Below are positions 1-11,186 of a stretch of DNA of 64,000 bases, piece after piece; the stretch's first letter is position 1; the number at the start of each line of letters is the position of its first letter. Source of the DNA: an uncultured candidatus Porisulfidus sp. GTDB taxonomy: Bacteria; Pseudomonadota; Gammaproteobacteria; Poriferisulfidales; Poriferisulfidaceae. Under the pieces are notes generated by a model, which searched no databases, was not told the origin of the DNA, and saw nothing but the letters and a program-made list of their open reading frames with translations. The position numbers and the translations under genes were made by a program. The stretch is from contig OZ220480.1 in NCBI GenBank assembly GCA_965116025.1, positions 736,001 through 800,000 of the forward strand, in the 5' to 3' direction.

Positions 1-1040
1 ATCGCCCGGCGGAGGCTGAAATGCTCCTCGCCGTCCATGCTCAGGATGATTCGCTGGGCGTCCATGCCCCCGAATAGGGGCGTGTAGGTGTCGTGGCTGC
101 GAAACAGGGACCGGCCGTTCTTCTGGCAGAACAGATTGGCCTCCGGTCCCGCCAGAACGGTGAGGTCGCTCGCTAGGTCGCGGACCCGGAAGACGGGACC
201 CAGCGATCGATAGTACTCCGCGAGCGCCTTGGTTGGGATCGGTCGCAATCTTAGCGAATGCCCGATCAGCGGTAGCGCCCCGGGCGCCATCGGCGGCTGC
301 TTGCGGTGGATCCCGGAAGCTGGCTCCAGGAAGGATTTTCGTAGCGTCTGGTCGCTGGTTCCCGATGATCGGACGGAGAGAATCGCGCTGTGGATCGATT
401 GCCCGATGATATCGAGGTTCCGCACGAGGTCGATGCGCTCGCGACGTTCCGCGAGCTCTTGCTTCGCGAGAATGTGCTCGAAGATTCCGCAGGCGTCGAC
501 CAGGGCGATGAGCGCGATCTCGTCCGGGCTCGGAATGTCTTCGCTGAAGATGACGTTCATCACCCGCAACGTCACGTCCTGGCCCTCGGACGCGGGGAGG
601 CCGGGATACCGTCGGGTCAAGCTCACCTGCTTGTCGAGGTAGACCCCCCCTCCGGGCTCGGAGCCGAAGATTCCTCTGCGCACGAGACGCTCGGCGGCGC
701 GCCGCCGAGTCCGATTGACTATCTCTGGCGCGGCGAGCCGCTCGATCCAGTAGACGGTGTCGGCCTTGTCGTCGGCCGTCGAGATGATCGAGAGAGGGGG
801 GTCGAGAATGTCGTCCCCCAGCGGGGTCGAATCGATGACCACGAGGCTTTCGAGGTCGGTGTCGACGCGACGCTCCTTCGCCAGATCCATCAGCACCGCG
901 CCGGCGAAGGCGTGCCTCATGTTGCGGTCGTCAATATGGATGAGACCGCCCTGCTTCCGATCCAGCAGAAGAACGTGAAGCTCTTCCACCAGCAACAAAG
1001 GCTTCTCGGTCTCCGGCCGCGACGGGTCCGTATTGCTCAT
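1..1040 (-). CDS. GPP34 (GOLPH3/Vps74-like) domain fused to cytochrome P450; runs off the window's left edge (3' truncated)
   Basis: Manual translation from ATG at 1040 (absent from the ORF track because it has no stop in the window). MSNTD..LLLVEELHVLLLDRKQG..AFAGAVLMDLAKERRVDTD..DSTPLGDDILD is GPP34-like. It is followed by PPMAPGALPLIGHSL..LGPVFRV..VLAGPEAN..ILSMDGEEHFSLRR, the P450 proline-rich start and helix C motif. The heme Cys lies outside the window. Confidence 0.75.
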   Translation of the reverse strand, partial: MSNTDPSRPETEKPLLLVEELHVLLLDRKQGGLIHIDDRNMRHAFAGAVLMDLAKERRVDTDLESLVVIDSTPLGDDILDPPLSIISTADDKADTVYWIERLAAPEIVNRTRRRAAERLVRRGIFGSEPGGGVYLDKQVSLTRRYPGLPASEGQDVTLRVMNVIFSEDIPSPDEIALIALVDACGIFEHILAKQELAERRERIDLVRNLDIIGQSIHSAILSVRSSGTSDQTLRKSFLEPASGIHRKQPPMAPGALPLIGHSLRLRPIPTKALAEYYRSLGPVFRVRDLASDLTVLAGPEANLFCQKNGRSLFRSHDTYTPLFGGMDAQRIILSMDGEEHFSLRRA

Positions 1041-1134
1041 GCGCTTCTCACCTCGCCCGAAAATTCTAACGCATCACGCGTCGCTCGATAGGTTGGGACG
1101 GCTGACTTGACGATCCCGGCGAGGCGCCGGCGGG

Positions 1135-2166
1135 TCAGTCCTTGTAGCCGAGCAACTCCAGCCCAGGACGACAAGCCTCGGTGATCGCGCGCCGCTCGTC
1201 AGGGTCGAGCCGCGCGAACTTCGATTTGGTCTGGCGAGGAATTCCCGCCACTTGGGCGATCCAGCTATCAGCTTCCAAGTCTGGCGAGATGAACTCGATG
1301 AGGCGGCGCGCCTCGCGTTCTGGATGTTCCTGCAGATCCTCGAATCGAAGATTGAGCAAGCGATCAGGCCCGAAGTGGCCGAACACCCGGTGGCCCGTCT
1401 CGATCATGTCGCTCCAGAACTTGGCCACCTCAGGCAACTCCGGGCGCTCCGACAGCAGGCCGTCTATGTCCGAGCGCAACCACTGCAACGTTCCCAGCAT
1501 AGAGGTCATCCGGTCGCTGCGCTCAAGCCTTTCCAGAATTCGATAGAGGTCGATTCCCCATCGTTTGGCCCTGCGGATAAGCGCCAGCGTGACCCGGAAC
1601 GGGGGGTGGTCGCGCATCGACAAGGCGGTTTCGCGCCCGTCCCGGAACACGTGCGCGACCCGCGCCTCGGGGAAATGGCGCAGCAACCGCGAGGCCATCA
1701 AGAGGGATCCGCCGTGGCGCTCGATCCACAGTTTCTTTTCGAGCCGCTCCCCCAGCCAACTGAACAGCGCGCGGTAATGCTCGCTGGAAAGCGCTTTGGG
1801 TTGAGCGCGCGCGAACCGCTCGATCTCGTCGTAGAGCTCTTCGTAATGGTCCGTCAGGTGTGGGAGCGAGACCGCCATGATTGGCGGCAGGGTGGTCGCG
1901 TCGAAACGCGACTCGGGATCGTTGAACGGATACAGCAGCTCGCTGAAGGACTCTCGGGCGATGATGCTCATCCGCTTTCCGGGATGGCTGTACAGATGCC
2001 ACATATGGTCGCCGGTGACCTTCTTCCCAGAGAACGCCTGCAGGCCCAGAGTCGCGAAAAACTCGGACATGCTGAGGATGTCCGGATGCTTGTTGAGCAT
2101 CTCCGAGACCATCGTGGACCCGCACCGCCCGGTGCTGAGTACGAAAACGGGGGGAATCTCGTTCAC
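1135..2166 (-). CDS. sulfotransferase family protein
   Basis: N-terminal PAPS-binding loop VFVLSTGRCGSTMV, 3'-PB-like HVFRDGRETALS, and LRFEDLQEHP. Confidence 0.85.
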   Translation of the reverse strand: MNEIPPVFVLSTGRCGSTMVSEMLNKHPDILSMSEFFATLGLQAFSGKKVTGDHMWHLYSHPGKRMSIIARESFSELLYPFNDPESRFDATTLPPIMAVSLPHLTDHYEELYDEIERFARAQPKALSSEHYRALFSWLGERLEKKLWIERHGGSLLMASRLLRHFPEARVAHVFRDGRETALSMRDHPPFRVTLALIRRAKRWGIDLYRILERLERSDRMTSMLGTLQWLRSDIDGLLSERPELPEVAKFWSDMIETGHRVFGHFGPDRLLNLRFEDLQEHPEREARRLIEFISPDLEADSWIAQVAGIPRQTKSKFARLDPDERRAITEACRPGLELLGYKD

Positions 2167-2385
2167 GTGGCCATGCGCTCGTTGGAATCGATCCCAGATT
2201 CAATAATCTGATCGGATAGGAAGTGTATCACGGCCTTCGAATCCCGCTTGTCCGGGCTGGGCCAAACCTTGATCTCCGAGATCATCGGTTCTGACCGTTT
2301 TCTACCTGTCCAGAATTTCGCGCGGGCGACCGGGTGATATATAATGCGCGGCCATCCGAGACCGATCCTTGAACAGGAACTAATA

Positions 2386-5300
2386 ATGACCAAGAGCCTA
2401 TCCATTTCCGATGTCATCCGCGCCGCGCTTCGCGTGGCTCCGTCGTCTTCCCGCATAGGGGGGGGGGGGGGGGGGGGGGGCATAGCCTCCGTTTCCTGAC
2501 CGTTCTGGCCGGTTTCGCGGCCTTTCTATCGATTCCGCTGATTCCAAACTCCGCCGAGGCGGGGACCACGGGGAATTGCGGCACGCCCAGTGCTAACGCG
2601 ATCACCTGTGGCGACGCGAGCTACACCAATACCGCCGGCTCCCCGATCAAGTATGGAGATCGGACCGTAGGCCTGACGCTGACCGTGAAGCCTTCTGGGG
2701 CGAGCACGGTCGTCGTCACCGCCTCGAAACTTCCCGCGACCACGAGCGAGGCGTTCCCGGGGATCCATCTGGACGGGGAAGGCACCCTGAAAGTCCTCTT
2801 GGATGGCGCCGTGAAAGTCGTGAACGGGGCGACCCGGACGACGGTGGACGCGACGCTCGCGGGCGAGACGGGGACTTTCAAGTTCATCCACCCGGATCAC
2901 AAGCTGGGCTCGCGGAACGACGGGGTGTACGTGGCGTACGACAAGGATGACGACGCGGGGACAACGACGGGCATGGTGGAGGTGATGGTGGGGAAGGACG
3001 CCGTGATCGGGAGCGAGACGGCGCCGGCGGGACGGTACGGGGTTCACGCCGCGTTCGTGGACGGGGACAGCGCCAACGCGAACTATCCAGCCGGGAAGAT
3101 CAAGGTGACGAACGCGGGCATGGTGCATGGCCACTACGCGGGGATTTACGCGAAGCACGACGGGAAGGGCGACATCGAGATCGAGACGTTGGAGGGGAGC
3201 GTGACGTCGATGGGGATTCGGGCGATCTCGAATAAAGCTGACAAGGCGGATCGGGGCGGGAATATCGCCATTCGCCATCATGGCCGGATCGTGGTCAAGG
3301 ATCCGGCTCGGTACGCGGACACGCTGACGATGGCGAACGTGGCCACGCCGCTGGAGATGGATAAAGTCAGCTTCCCCGACCGGCACAGAGGAGGGATCTA
3401 CGTGGAGCATTGGGAAAAGCGGGCGCCGACGGGCGCGAAGCCCAGCAGCTCGATCCTGGTCGAGTCGAGCGGCGACATCGTCGCCCATCCGATCCACGGC
3501 AAAGAAGGCGACAACAGAGCGAGAAGAAGCGCCATTTACGTCATCACGCGGGGGAACGGTGATTCCGTCGTTCCGGTCACGGTCGACGTGACGGGGGGCA
3601 CCCTGACGGCGGACGACCCGAGTGGAAGAAATGGAGGGAATGGGATTTACATCTATTACTCTCAGCACAAAGGCGGTTTGATCAAGGTGGATCTCGCCGG
3701 CGAGATTTCACGGACGGGAGACATAAGAGATGGAATCTCTATTAATAGACAATACAACGACACTAGCGACGATTCCAGCGATGTCAACAGAGACATAGAG
3801 GTGACGCTGAAGTCCGGGGCGCGGATCGGCATGGAGGGAGATGAGCCGACCGTGGGTCGGCGTGGCGTGTCAGTGACCCAGTCGACCAGCGGGGGAACGG
3901 TTCGGGTGGCTGTGGAGTCCGGGGCGCGGATCGGAACCGCGGGGACTCCGGTCGGCGAGAACGGGGTGGTCGCCGAGACCAGCAACGCCGATGACGAGAA
4001 CGACATCATGGTCACCAACGAAGGCCACATCCACGCGAAGGGCTCGGGAGTGGTCGCTCTGCATCGCGGCTGGGGCGACGTGGTCGTGACGCATTCGATG
4101 GGCGAGATCGTGGCGGGCGACGGGCCCGATATCTTGGACTCCTTATCCTTTTCGGAGGATCACAAGACGAAGCTGGCGGACCTGAAAGGCAGGCCCGCTG
4201 GCATCCTCGCCGTTCATGGAGGCTCGCAGCCCAAGCCGCTTCCCGGCAAGGATATCAGCAATAACGACCCCTCCACCTACGAGTCCGACATCGGGGAGAT
4301 CAAGATCACGTCGAAAGCGGACATCACGTCGAAGGGCGACGGCATTCTCGCCTACGTGAGAGACCTGAACGATGAGGGGGCCAGGAGCCCCAAGATGAGA
4401 GTCCCGATCATGATCGACGCGTCGGGCGGAACGATCACGGCGGACGGGCACGGCGTGCACGCGGAGACGGCCACCATCTACCAGGGCACCTACGCGGGGA
4501 CGGAGACCACCTACGACGATGCCACTAAGGCCGGGAAGATCACGGTCACGGTAGGCGAGATGGCGACGATCCGTGCCAAGAAGGACGGCGTTCACGTCAA
4601 GGGCATGCGGACCTTCGCGGAAAATCACGCCCGGAAGGGGCAATATGACCAGACGGTCACCATCAACGGCAAGGTGATGGGCGGCGCCGGCGAGCATGCT
4701 GGCGTTCGGATGGTGAACGGCGGGACGCTGGTGATCGGGCCGAAGGCGGAGATCGGCGCGGCGTCCGGGATCGCGGTGAAAGCGGATGGAGCGCTGCATG
4801 TCACCCTGAAGGAGAACGAGCATGGGCAGATCGCGTTCGTCATGGGGAAATTCCTGAATAGTGGAAAGGACGCGCCGAACGTCTTCCAGCGGGAGTTGAT
4901 GGCCGGCGCGAAGAAGACGATAGCCGTGGGGGACGCGGTGAAGGCGACATCGGGGAAGACGGGGACGCATGGAGTGTACGACGCGGTGTTTGAGCGGATG
5001 GTCACGCTGAAGTCGATCACGGGCGGGCATCAGTTCCAGGTGGACTCCGAGCGGGAGATCAGCCGGACGTACCACGCCCGGGCTCGGGTGTACGAGGCGC
5101 TGCCGTCGGTGCTGCTGGAGATGAGCGCGCCGGGCGGTCGTCAGGCGCGGTTGTCGGCGACGCGTGGCGGCGGGGGCGCATGGGCGCGGGTATTGGCGAG
5201 CGATGGCGAGCGGGAGGCGGATATGTCCACGACCGAGATGGACGATGCGGGCCGCGCGCTGTCTTGGGACTTCGAGCGCTGGGGCGTGGAGACGGGCTTC

Positions 5301-5975
5301 GTAGTTCCCGCGGACGCGCCGGGCGTGACGCTGGGCGTGAGCGCGCACTACCGTGACGGCGAGGCGGATGTCGCGCGCGGCGGGAAGATCGAGGTCTCGG
5401 GCGTGGGCGTCGGGACTTCGGCGACCTGGCGGGGGGAGGACGGCTGGTACGCGGACGGGGAGCTCTCGTACACGCGGTTCGAGGATGTCGACTTGAGCTC
5501 GGAGACTCGGGGGATGGTGGCGTCCGGTCTGGACGGAGAGGGTCACGCGGTCGGCGTGGAGGTCGGCAGGCGCATGGAGATGGATGGCTTCGCGCTGGTT
5601 CCGCGCGGGGGATTGACGTGGACTTGGGTGGATGTCGACGGCTTCGCCGACGTGTCGGGCGTTACCGGGAGTGGTCGGGTATTTTTCCGCTCGGAGGACA
5701 GCGCGCGGGCGCGTATCGGGGTACTGTTGGAGAACGGCGAGACGTACGCCTCATTGGACGTGGAGCGTGAGCTGTCGGAGAGCCGGGAGGTCATGGCGTC
5801 GGGGTCGCGGCTTCGCTCGGAGGTGGAGGCCACGTGGGCGCGTTTGGGAGTTGGAGGCGTGATGGCGCTGGACGCGCAGGGGGAGTCGACGCTATCGGCG
5901 GACGCTCACTACGCGGCATCGGACGGCGACAATCACGATTACGGCGCGAGCGTCCTGCTGAAGGTCCGCTTCTGA
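2386..5975 (+). CDS. autotransporter 1 (beta-helix passenger + C-terminal beta-barrel); frameshifted at a G23 tract in the signal-peptide region
   Basis: ATG 2386 follows AGGAAC. MTKSLS...SSRI-G23 leads to the h-region HSLRFLTVLAGFAAFLSIPLIPNSAEA in the frame of ORF 2685..5975. The barrel ends YGASVLLKVRF with a terminal Phe. Confidence 0.85.
2458..2480 (+). repeat. G23 homopolymer, translational phase-variation candidate
   Basis: CCCGCATA-G23-CATAGC; the 2386 ATG joins the passenger frame only with G(3n), e.g. G21 or G24. Confidence 0.85.
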
Positions 5976-6029
5976 TCCGGCCCAAAATCGGTGTCAGCTC
6001 GGAAATCTGGGGGTCAAACGATTCTGGAT

Positions 6030-6770
6030 CTAGTCCTCTGGCGACGCGAGGTCTCCCGTCGTCACGAGGAAACGCCACACCAAGGCGCCCGCCTCGCCTT
6101 CCAGCGTCAGCGCGGCGTTCATGATCGCCACCATGGCCTCGCAGAAGCGGGGGTGGACGGCGTCGCCGGGGTGCAGCGCGGCCATCAGTTCAGGGCTGGC
6201 GGTCGCCTCGAGCGTGGCGTACAGCGAATCCAGGTCCTCGGCCTGAATCTCCCGAATCCCTCTCGGCGCGGCGCGCGCTCGCGCGGCCGCGCCGAGGAAC
6301 GCTTCGATGTAGGCGCCGACCGGGTCGCGGTAGGCGGACTCGCGGTCGGCGGCGAGCGCCTGCGGACCCCTGCGCTCGTACGCCAGGCATCGCTGAGCTC
6401 CGTCGAGCTGGTCGATCAGCGCGAAGATGTCTCTGCGTCGCTCGACCAGCGCGCGCCAGTCGGCCGGATCTCCCTGACGCACCAGCTCGTTGTAGCGCGT
6501 CCAGTTGCGGCGCGAGGCCCGCGTCAGCTCTTGGCTCGCCCGTTTCGGATTCGCGCCGTGCTGGAGTTCGACCATCCGCGCGATCAGGGCGTCGTAATGC
6601 TCTGGAAAATATCGTTTCTGCGCTTCCAGCGCCGGATCGCCGGCTTGTTCCAGCGTCAGCCGCATCGCCGTACGCGACGGTGGCGTTTTGGATTCTTCGT
6701 CGTCCGCGATGGCGCCGGCGCTCGCGCCCGCCACCGCCAGCGCGAGAGCTAGCGCGAGGCGAGCGCTCAC
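6030..6770 (-). CDS. exported hypothetical protein, third gene of the RND operon
   Basis: GTG at 6770 overlaps the RND stop (GTGA); signal peptide VSARLALALALAVAGASAGAIA. Confidence 0.6.
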   Translation of the reverse strand: MSARLALALALAVAGASAGAIADDEESKTPPSRTAMRLTLEQAGDPALEAQKRYFPEHYDALIARMVELQHGANPKRASQELTRASRRNWTRYNELVRQGDPADWRALVERRRDIFALIDQLDGAQRCLAYERRGPQALAADRESAYRDPVGAYIEAFLGAAARARAAPRGIREIQAEDLDSLYATLEATASPELMAALHPGDAVHPRFCEAMVAIMNAALTLEGEAGALVWRFLVTTGDLASPED

Positions 6771-9700
6771 GCGGGCGCCTTGAGGAATATTCCGCGCAGG
6801 CGCGTCAGCCAATTGCGGAAATCGTCCATGATCAGGTAGAAACACGGCAGGACCAGCAAGATCAGCGCGGTGGCGAACAGCAACCCGATTCCCAGGCTGA
6901 TCGCCATCGGCATCAGGAATCTCGTCTGTCCGCTCGAGAAGAAGATCAGCGGCGACACGCCAAGAAAGGTGGTCACCGTGGTCAGCAGGATGGCGCGGAA
7001 CCGCGACCGGCTCCCCTGCAGCACCGCCTCGACGCGGTCGCGTCCGCGCGCGCGCAACTGCTGCACGAATTTGATCAGAATCAGGGAATCGTTGACCACC
7101 ACGCCGATCAGCGCGAGGATGCCGATCAGCGACAGGAACTGCAGATGGATCCCGGCGGCGACGTGCCCGACCACCACGCCGATCAGCGCGAACGGAATCG
7201 CGGCGATCACCACCAGCGGGTCCAGCAGGGACCGGAACAGGGCGGCGAGGATGAAGAAAATGATCGTGAGGGCCGCGAGAATGGCGCGCTTGATGTCGGC
7301 GAGCGCGATGGCCGTCTCGCGTTTCTCGCCCAAGTACGTCATGCGGTAGTCGTCCGAGGGCGGGAAGAGGTCGCCGAACTCGCGGTCCAGCAACGCCGTG
7401 ACGGACTTCGCGGAAGTGACGGCCGGATCGATGTCGGCCGTGATGATCGCCATGCGCTCGCCGTCGCGCCGCCGCACCGTGGACAGGCCGCGAGTCGTGG
7501 TGATATCCGCCACCTCGTCCAGATAGACCACGCCGCTTTCCGTGGTGATGGGCAGGCGGTCGAACGCCGCCGCGTCGCGCCGCGTCGCGCCCGAATACAG
7601 CGCCCGGACCGGCACGCGCTGGTCGCCTCGGCTGATGTGGACCACCTTGTCGCCCTGATAGCCCATGCGCACGGCCGCGCCCAGCTCGGCTTGGGTGATG
7701 CCCAACTCTCGTCCGCGCGAGTTCAGGGCGTACTGGTACTCGACCTTTCCGGGCTCCAGGTTGTGCCGGGCGTCCGCGACGCCAGGCAGGCGGGCCAGGA
7801 ACGCTTGGATCCGCTCGGCGCGCGACTGGATCTGATCCAGATCGGGACCGATGACGCCCACCTCGATGTCGGCGCCGCTCGGTCCGGCCTGATCGCTCTG
7901 GAAGGAGACGCGCTGGATCCCGGGGATCGTCTCCAGCGCCGCGCGCGCCTCGTCCCGGATCTCTTCGGTTGAGCGCTCGCGCTCACCCGGCGTGGAGAGC
8001 TTCATGTTGATCAGAGGGGCGACGTAGGTCTCGATCCACCCTTCCGGCGCCGGCTCCGTCAGGTTGACGCTGATCTGCACGTATTGGGTGCCCAGCGTGC
8101 TGTTCTGGGTGGTGTCCATGCTCACGCCGATATTGGTCTGGAGGCTTTCCAGCTCGCTTGGCTGGACGATGTCGTAGATGGCGCGCTCGACGCGTTTCGC
8201 GAGGGCGTTGGAATCGGCGAGGCCATACGTGCTCGGCCCCTCGATGTTGACCAGGAACCGGTTCGTCACCAAATCGGCGAACTGGTTGTATGGCATCCGA
8301 GTGACCATGAAGGCCAGCGTGACCGCGAGCGTCCCGATCGTCACGCTGGCCACCAGATAGCGATTCCGGAGGCTCCAGTCGAGCAGGGCGTGGTAGCGGT
8401 CCAGGAACGCGCGCCAGCGGTCCGCCTTGCGCGATGAGCGCGTCAGCTTGAGGATCTCGGCCGCGTGCGAGGGCAGGATCAGGAACGCCTCCAGCAGGGA
8501 GCCGGCCAGCGCGGCCACCACCACGATTGGAAGCACCTCGACGAACTGGCCCATGGTTCCCGAGACGCTCAGCAGGGTGAGGAAGGTCGCGGCCGTGGTC
8601 AGGATCGAGGCCAGCACCGGCCACATGACCTCCCGGGCGCCGAGGTAGGCGGCCTCGCGCGCGTCCATCCCCTCCTCCATGTGGCGGTAGGCGTTCTCGG
8701 AGATGATGATGGCATCGTCCACGATCAGCCCGAGCACGACCAGGAACGCGAACATGCTGACCATGTTGACGCTGTATCCGAGCATGGCCATCACGATCAC
8801 GGCGGTCAGCATGGACACTGGAATGCCCAGCGCCGTGATCAGGGCCATCCGAAAGTTGAGCATGAGATACAGCGCGAGAAGCAGCAGCGCCAAAGCCACG
8901 ACGCCGGACGCCTGCACGGTGTTGATGCGGGTCTCGATCAAGGGCGACATGTCCATGTAGAAACTCGCCTGAACGCCCTCGGGCAGGGCGAACCGCCCGA
9001 CCGTCTCGCGCACCCGGTCGGCGACCTCGCGGGTGGACGCCCGGTCGATTTTGGAGACGGTCATGTTGATCGCTGGCATTCCATTGAAGCGTCCCAAGGT
9101 GACCGGCTCCTCCAGCCGCATGGACACCTGTCCCAAGTCGCGAATCCGCAACTGACCGCCGCGCGCGTTGCCGCGCGCCGCGATGTCGCCGATGGCCTCG
9201 ACTCCGTCCGCGCCCATCCCGCGCAGCAGGATATCGCCCTCCTCGCCGCGGATGACGCCGCTGGGCGTGTCGTGCAGGTTGCCGCGCAAGGCCGCGGTGA
9301 TCTCGTCCGCCGACACCCCGCGGGCGGCCAGCTCGCGCGGGTCCAGCTCCACCCAGACCTCCCAGTCCCGGCTGCCGGCCACGCTGACGCCGGACACTCC
9401 GGGGATCCGCTGCACGGCGCGGCGCAGCCGCTCGGCCGCCTCGCGCATCAGCGGCATGGGCGCCTCGCCGTGCAGGGCGACGCTGATGGCGGTGATCTGG
9501 TGCTTGAGCCGGCGGACTTGCGGCGTGTCGGCGTCTCGCGGGAAGTCCTCGATGGCGTCGATCTCGGTGCGCATCTCGCGCAGCAGCTCGTCTGGGTCTG
9601 CCCCTTCCAGAAGTTTGTACTGAATGACTGACAGGCCCTCCTGCGAGAGCGAGGTGACCGAATCGACGTCGACCAGAGAGTCCAGAGCCTCCTCGATCGG

Positions 9701-9889
9701 GATGGTGATCTGGCGCTCGACCTCTTCCGGCGAGGCACCCTCGAAAGTGGCGCTTACCTGGAGGATGTCGCGGTCCAGAGTAGGGAACACCTCCTGCGGC
9801 ATCGAGCGCCAGGCCATCAGTCCCAGCGCCAGCGTCAGCGCCATCGCCAGGTTGACGAGCAGCGGGTTGTTCAGAGAGAAACGGATCAT
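6767..9889 (-). CDS. efflux RND transporter permease (AcrB/AcrD/AcrF family)
   Basis: 1040 aa; GASPEEVERQITIPIE, GLIVDDAIIISEN, GVVVNDSLIL and SRFRAILLTTVTT motifs. Confidence 0.95.
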   Translation of the reverse strand: MIRFSLNNPLLVNLAMALTLALGLMAWRSMPQEVFPTLDRDILQVSATFEGASPEEVERQITIPIEEALDSLVDVDSVTSLSQEGLSVIQYKLLEGADPDELLREMRTEIDAIEDFPRDADTPQVRRLKHQITAISVALHGEAPMPLMREAAERLRRAVQRIPGVSGVSVAGSRDWEVWVELDPRELAARGVSADEITAALRGNLHDTPSGVIRGEEGDILLRGMGADGVEAIGDIAARGNARGGQLRIRDLGQVSMRLEEPVTLGRFNGMPAINMTVSKIDRASTREVADRVRETVGRFALPEGVQASFYMDMSPLIETRINTVQASGVVALALLLLALYLMLNFRMALITALGIPVSMLTAVIVMAMLGYSVNMVSMFAFLVVLGLIVDDAIIISENAYRHMEEGMDAREAAYLGAREVMWPVLASILTTAATFLTLLSVSGTMGQFVEVLPIVVVAALAGSLLEAFLILPSHAAEILKLTRSSRKADRWRAFLDRYHALLDWSLRNRYLVASVTIGTLAVTLAFMVTRMPYNQFADLVTNRFLVNIEGPSTYGLADSNALAKRVERAIYDIVQPSELESLQTNIGVSMDTTQNSTLGTQYVQISVNLTEPAPEGWIETYVAPLINMKLSTPGERERSTEEIRDEARAALETIPGIQRVSFQSDQAGPSGADIEVGVIGPDLDQIQSRAERIQAFLARLPGVADARHNLEPGKVEYQYALNSRGRELGITQAELGAAVRMGYQGDKVVHISRGDQRVPVRALYSGATRRDAAAFDRLPITTESGVVYLDEVADITTTRGLSTVRRRDGERMAIITADIDPAVTSAKSVTALLDREFGDLFPPSDDYRMTYLGEKRETAIALADIKRAILAALTIIFFILAALFRSLLDPLVVIAAIPFALIGVVVGHVAAGIHLQFLSLIGILALIGVVVNDSLILIKFVQQLRARGRDRVEAVLQGSRSRFRAILLTTVTTFLGVSPLIFFSSGQTRFLMPMAISLGIGLLFATALILLVLPCFYLIMDDFRNWLTRLRGIFLKAPA

Positions 9890-11109
9890 GGAGCGCGCTC
9901 GCGGACGCGCACTGAGCGGCGCTCGTCCATGGCCGCGACGTCGCGGGCGACGATGCGGTCCCCCTCGTTCAGGTCCGCCTTGATCACGCGCCAGGAGCCC
10001 ACGCGCGGTCCTGGCTCGACGTCGACGCGGCGCAGCGACTGGCCCTCGATCCGGTATACCGAGTGCCCCGACGCGTCCACCCGCAGGGCCTCCACCGGCA
10101 CCGCCAACGCGTTTCGGATGACTGGAAGAGGAAGGCGGGCGATGGCCAGCCGTCCCGGCGCGGCGTGCGCGCCGGGGATTCGGATCCGCAGGGCGTGCGT
10201 GAAGGTGCGCGGGTCCGGGTCGGCCTGCAGGGCGACCAAGACCCCCGGGATTTCCCGCCCTTCCGTTCGCACGGCGATCTTCCGCTCAAGTTCCAGAGCG
10301 CCGGCGGCGGTTCCGTCGACCTCCACATAGAAGTCGAGCTCCGACGCGTCGACCAGGGTGATGACCGTTTGGTCTCCGGTGATGCGGTCGCCGATCTCGG
10401 CTCGCACTTCGTTGACCGTTCCGTCGAACGGCGCCACCAGCCGCGCGCGCGCGAGATCCCGCCGGGCCTGATCGAGCTTCGCTCGCTTCAGCGCCCGGCG
10501 CTGCCCGCCGGTTCCGACTGAGTGGCGAAGCTCCGCCACCCGCGATTCCAACTCGGCCAGCTTCTGCTCGGCGGCGTTGAGCGAGGATCTCGAAAGCAAT
10601 GAGCGCTCATCCAGCGTTCGGTGCCGCGCGACCTCCTCGCGTTGCAGGTCGCGATGCCGAATCGCCTGCGTCAGTCGGACCTGATCTCGCTTGATGCCGC
10701 TTTCCTCAAGGCGCAACTCCGCCTCGGCGACGCGCTCCCGATCCCGGAAGTCCTGATCGTCGAGAGTCATCAGCGCGTCTCCGGTGGAGACCTTCATTCC
10801 GGGCTCCACCTCGCGGCGCAGCAGCCGTCCCGGGACCTCGAACCGCAACGCCGCGCGCCGCCGCGGCTGAAGCCGGCCCGTGAAATCGGCGGAGGGCGAG
10901 ACGTCGCGCCGCGTCACCACGTGCGCCTCCACCGCCAAGGGGGGGAGCTCCTCCAGGACCACCTCCGGTCGCGGAGCGGTGGCGACCAGGGCGTAAGCCG
11001 CGAAGCCGAAAAGCCCAAGGGCCGCGATCGCCCAAAAACCTGATCCGAGCGACCGGAAAAATCGCCACTTCCGCTCGCGTGGTCGGGTGGAGTAGGGGGA
11101 GGAACGCAT
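9886..11109 (-). CDS. efflux RND periplasmic adaptor subunit (MFP)
   Basis: ATG 11109; one TM segment, lipoyl half motifs FEVPGRLLRREVEPG and LVAPFDGTVNEV, coiled-coil hairpin. Confidence 0.9.
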   Translation of the reverse strand: MRSSPYSTRPRERKWRFFRSLGSGFWAIAALGLFGFAAYALVATAPRPEVVLEELPPLAVEAHVVTRRDVSPSADFTGRLQPRRRAALRFEVPGRLLRREVEPGMKVSTGDALMTLDDQDFRDRERVAEAELRLEESGIKRDQVRLTQAIRHRDLQREEVARHRTLDERSLLSRSSLNAAEQKLAELESRVAELRHSVGTGGQRRALKRAKLDQARRDLARARLVAPFDGTVNEVRAEIGDRITGDQTVITLVDASELDFYVEVDGTAAGALELERKIAVRTEGREIPGVLVALQADPDPRTFTHALRIRIPGAHAAPGRLAIARLPLPVIRNALAVPVEALRVDASGHSVYRIEGQSLRRVDVEPGPRVGSWRVIKADLNEGDRIVARDVAAMDERRSVRVRERAP

Positions 11110-11186
11110 GGCTGGACCGAGAGGGCGCGGCAGTCGGTAGAATATACCAGACGACACGGCCGGTCCCGCGCTGGCCGCATCGGTGC

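Noticed and set aside
229-1091. Plus-strand ORFs 229..642 and 390..1091
   Set aside because: Antisense shadows of the minus-strand GPP34-P450 frame.
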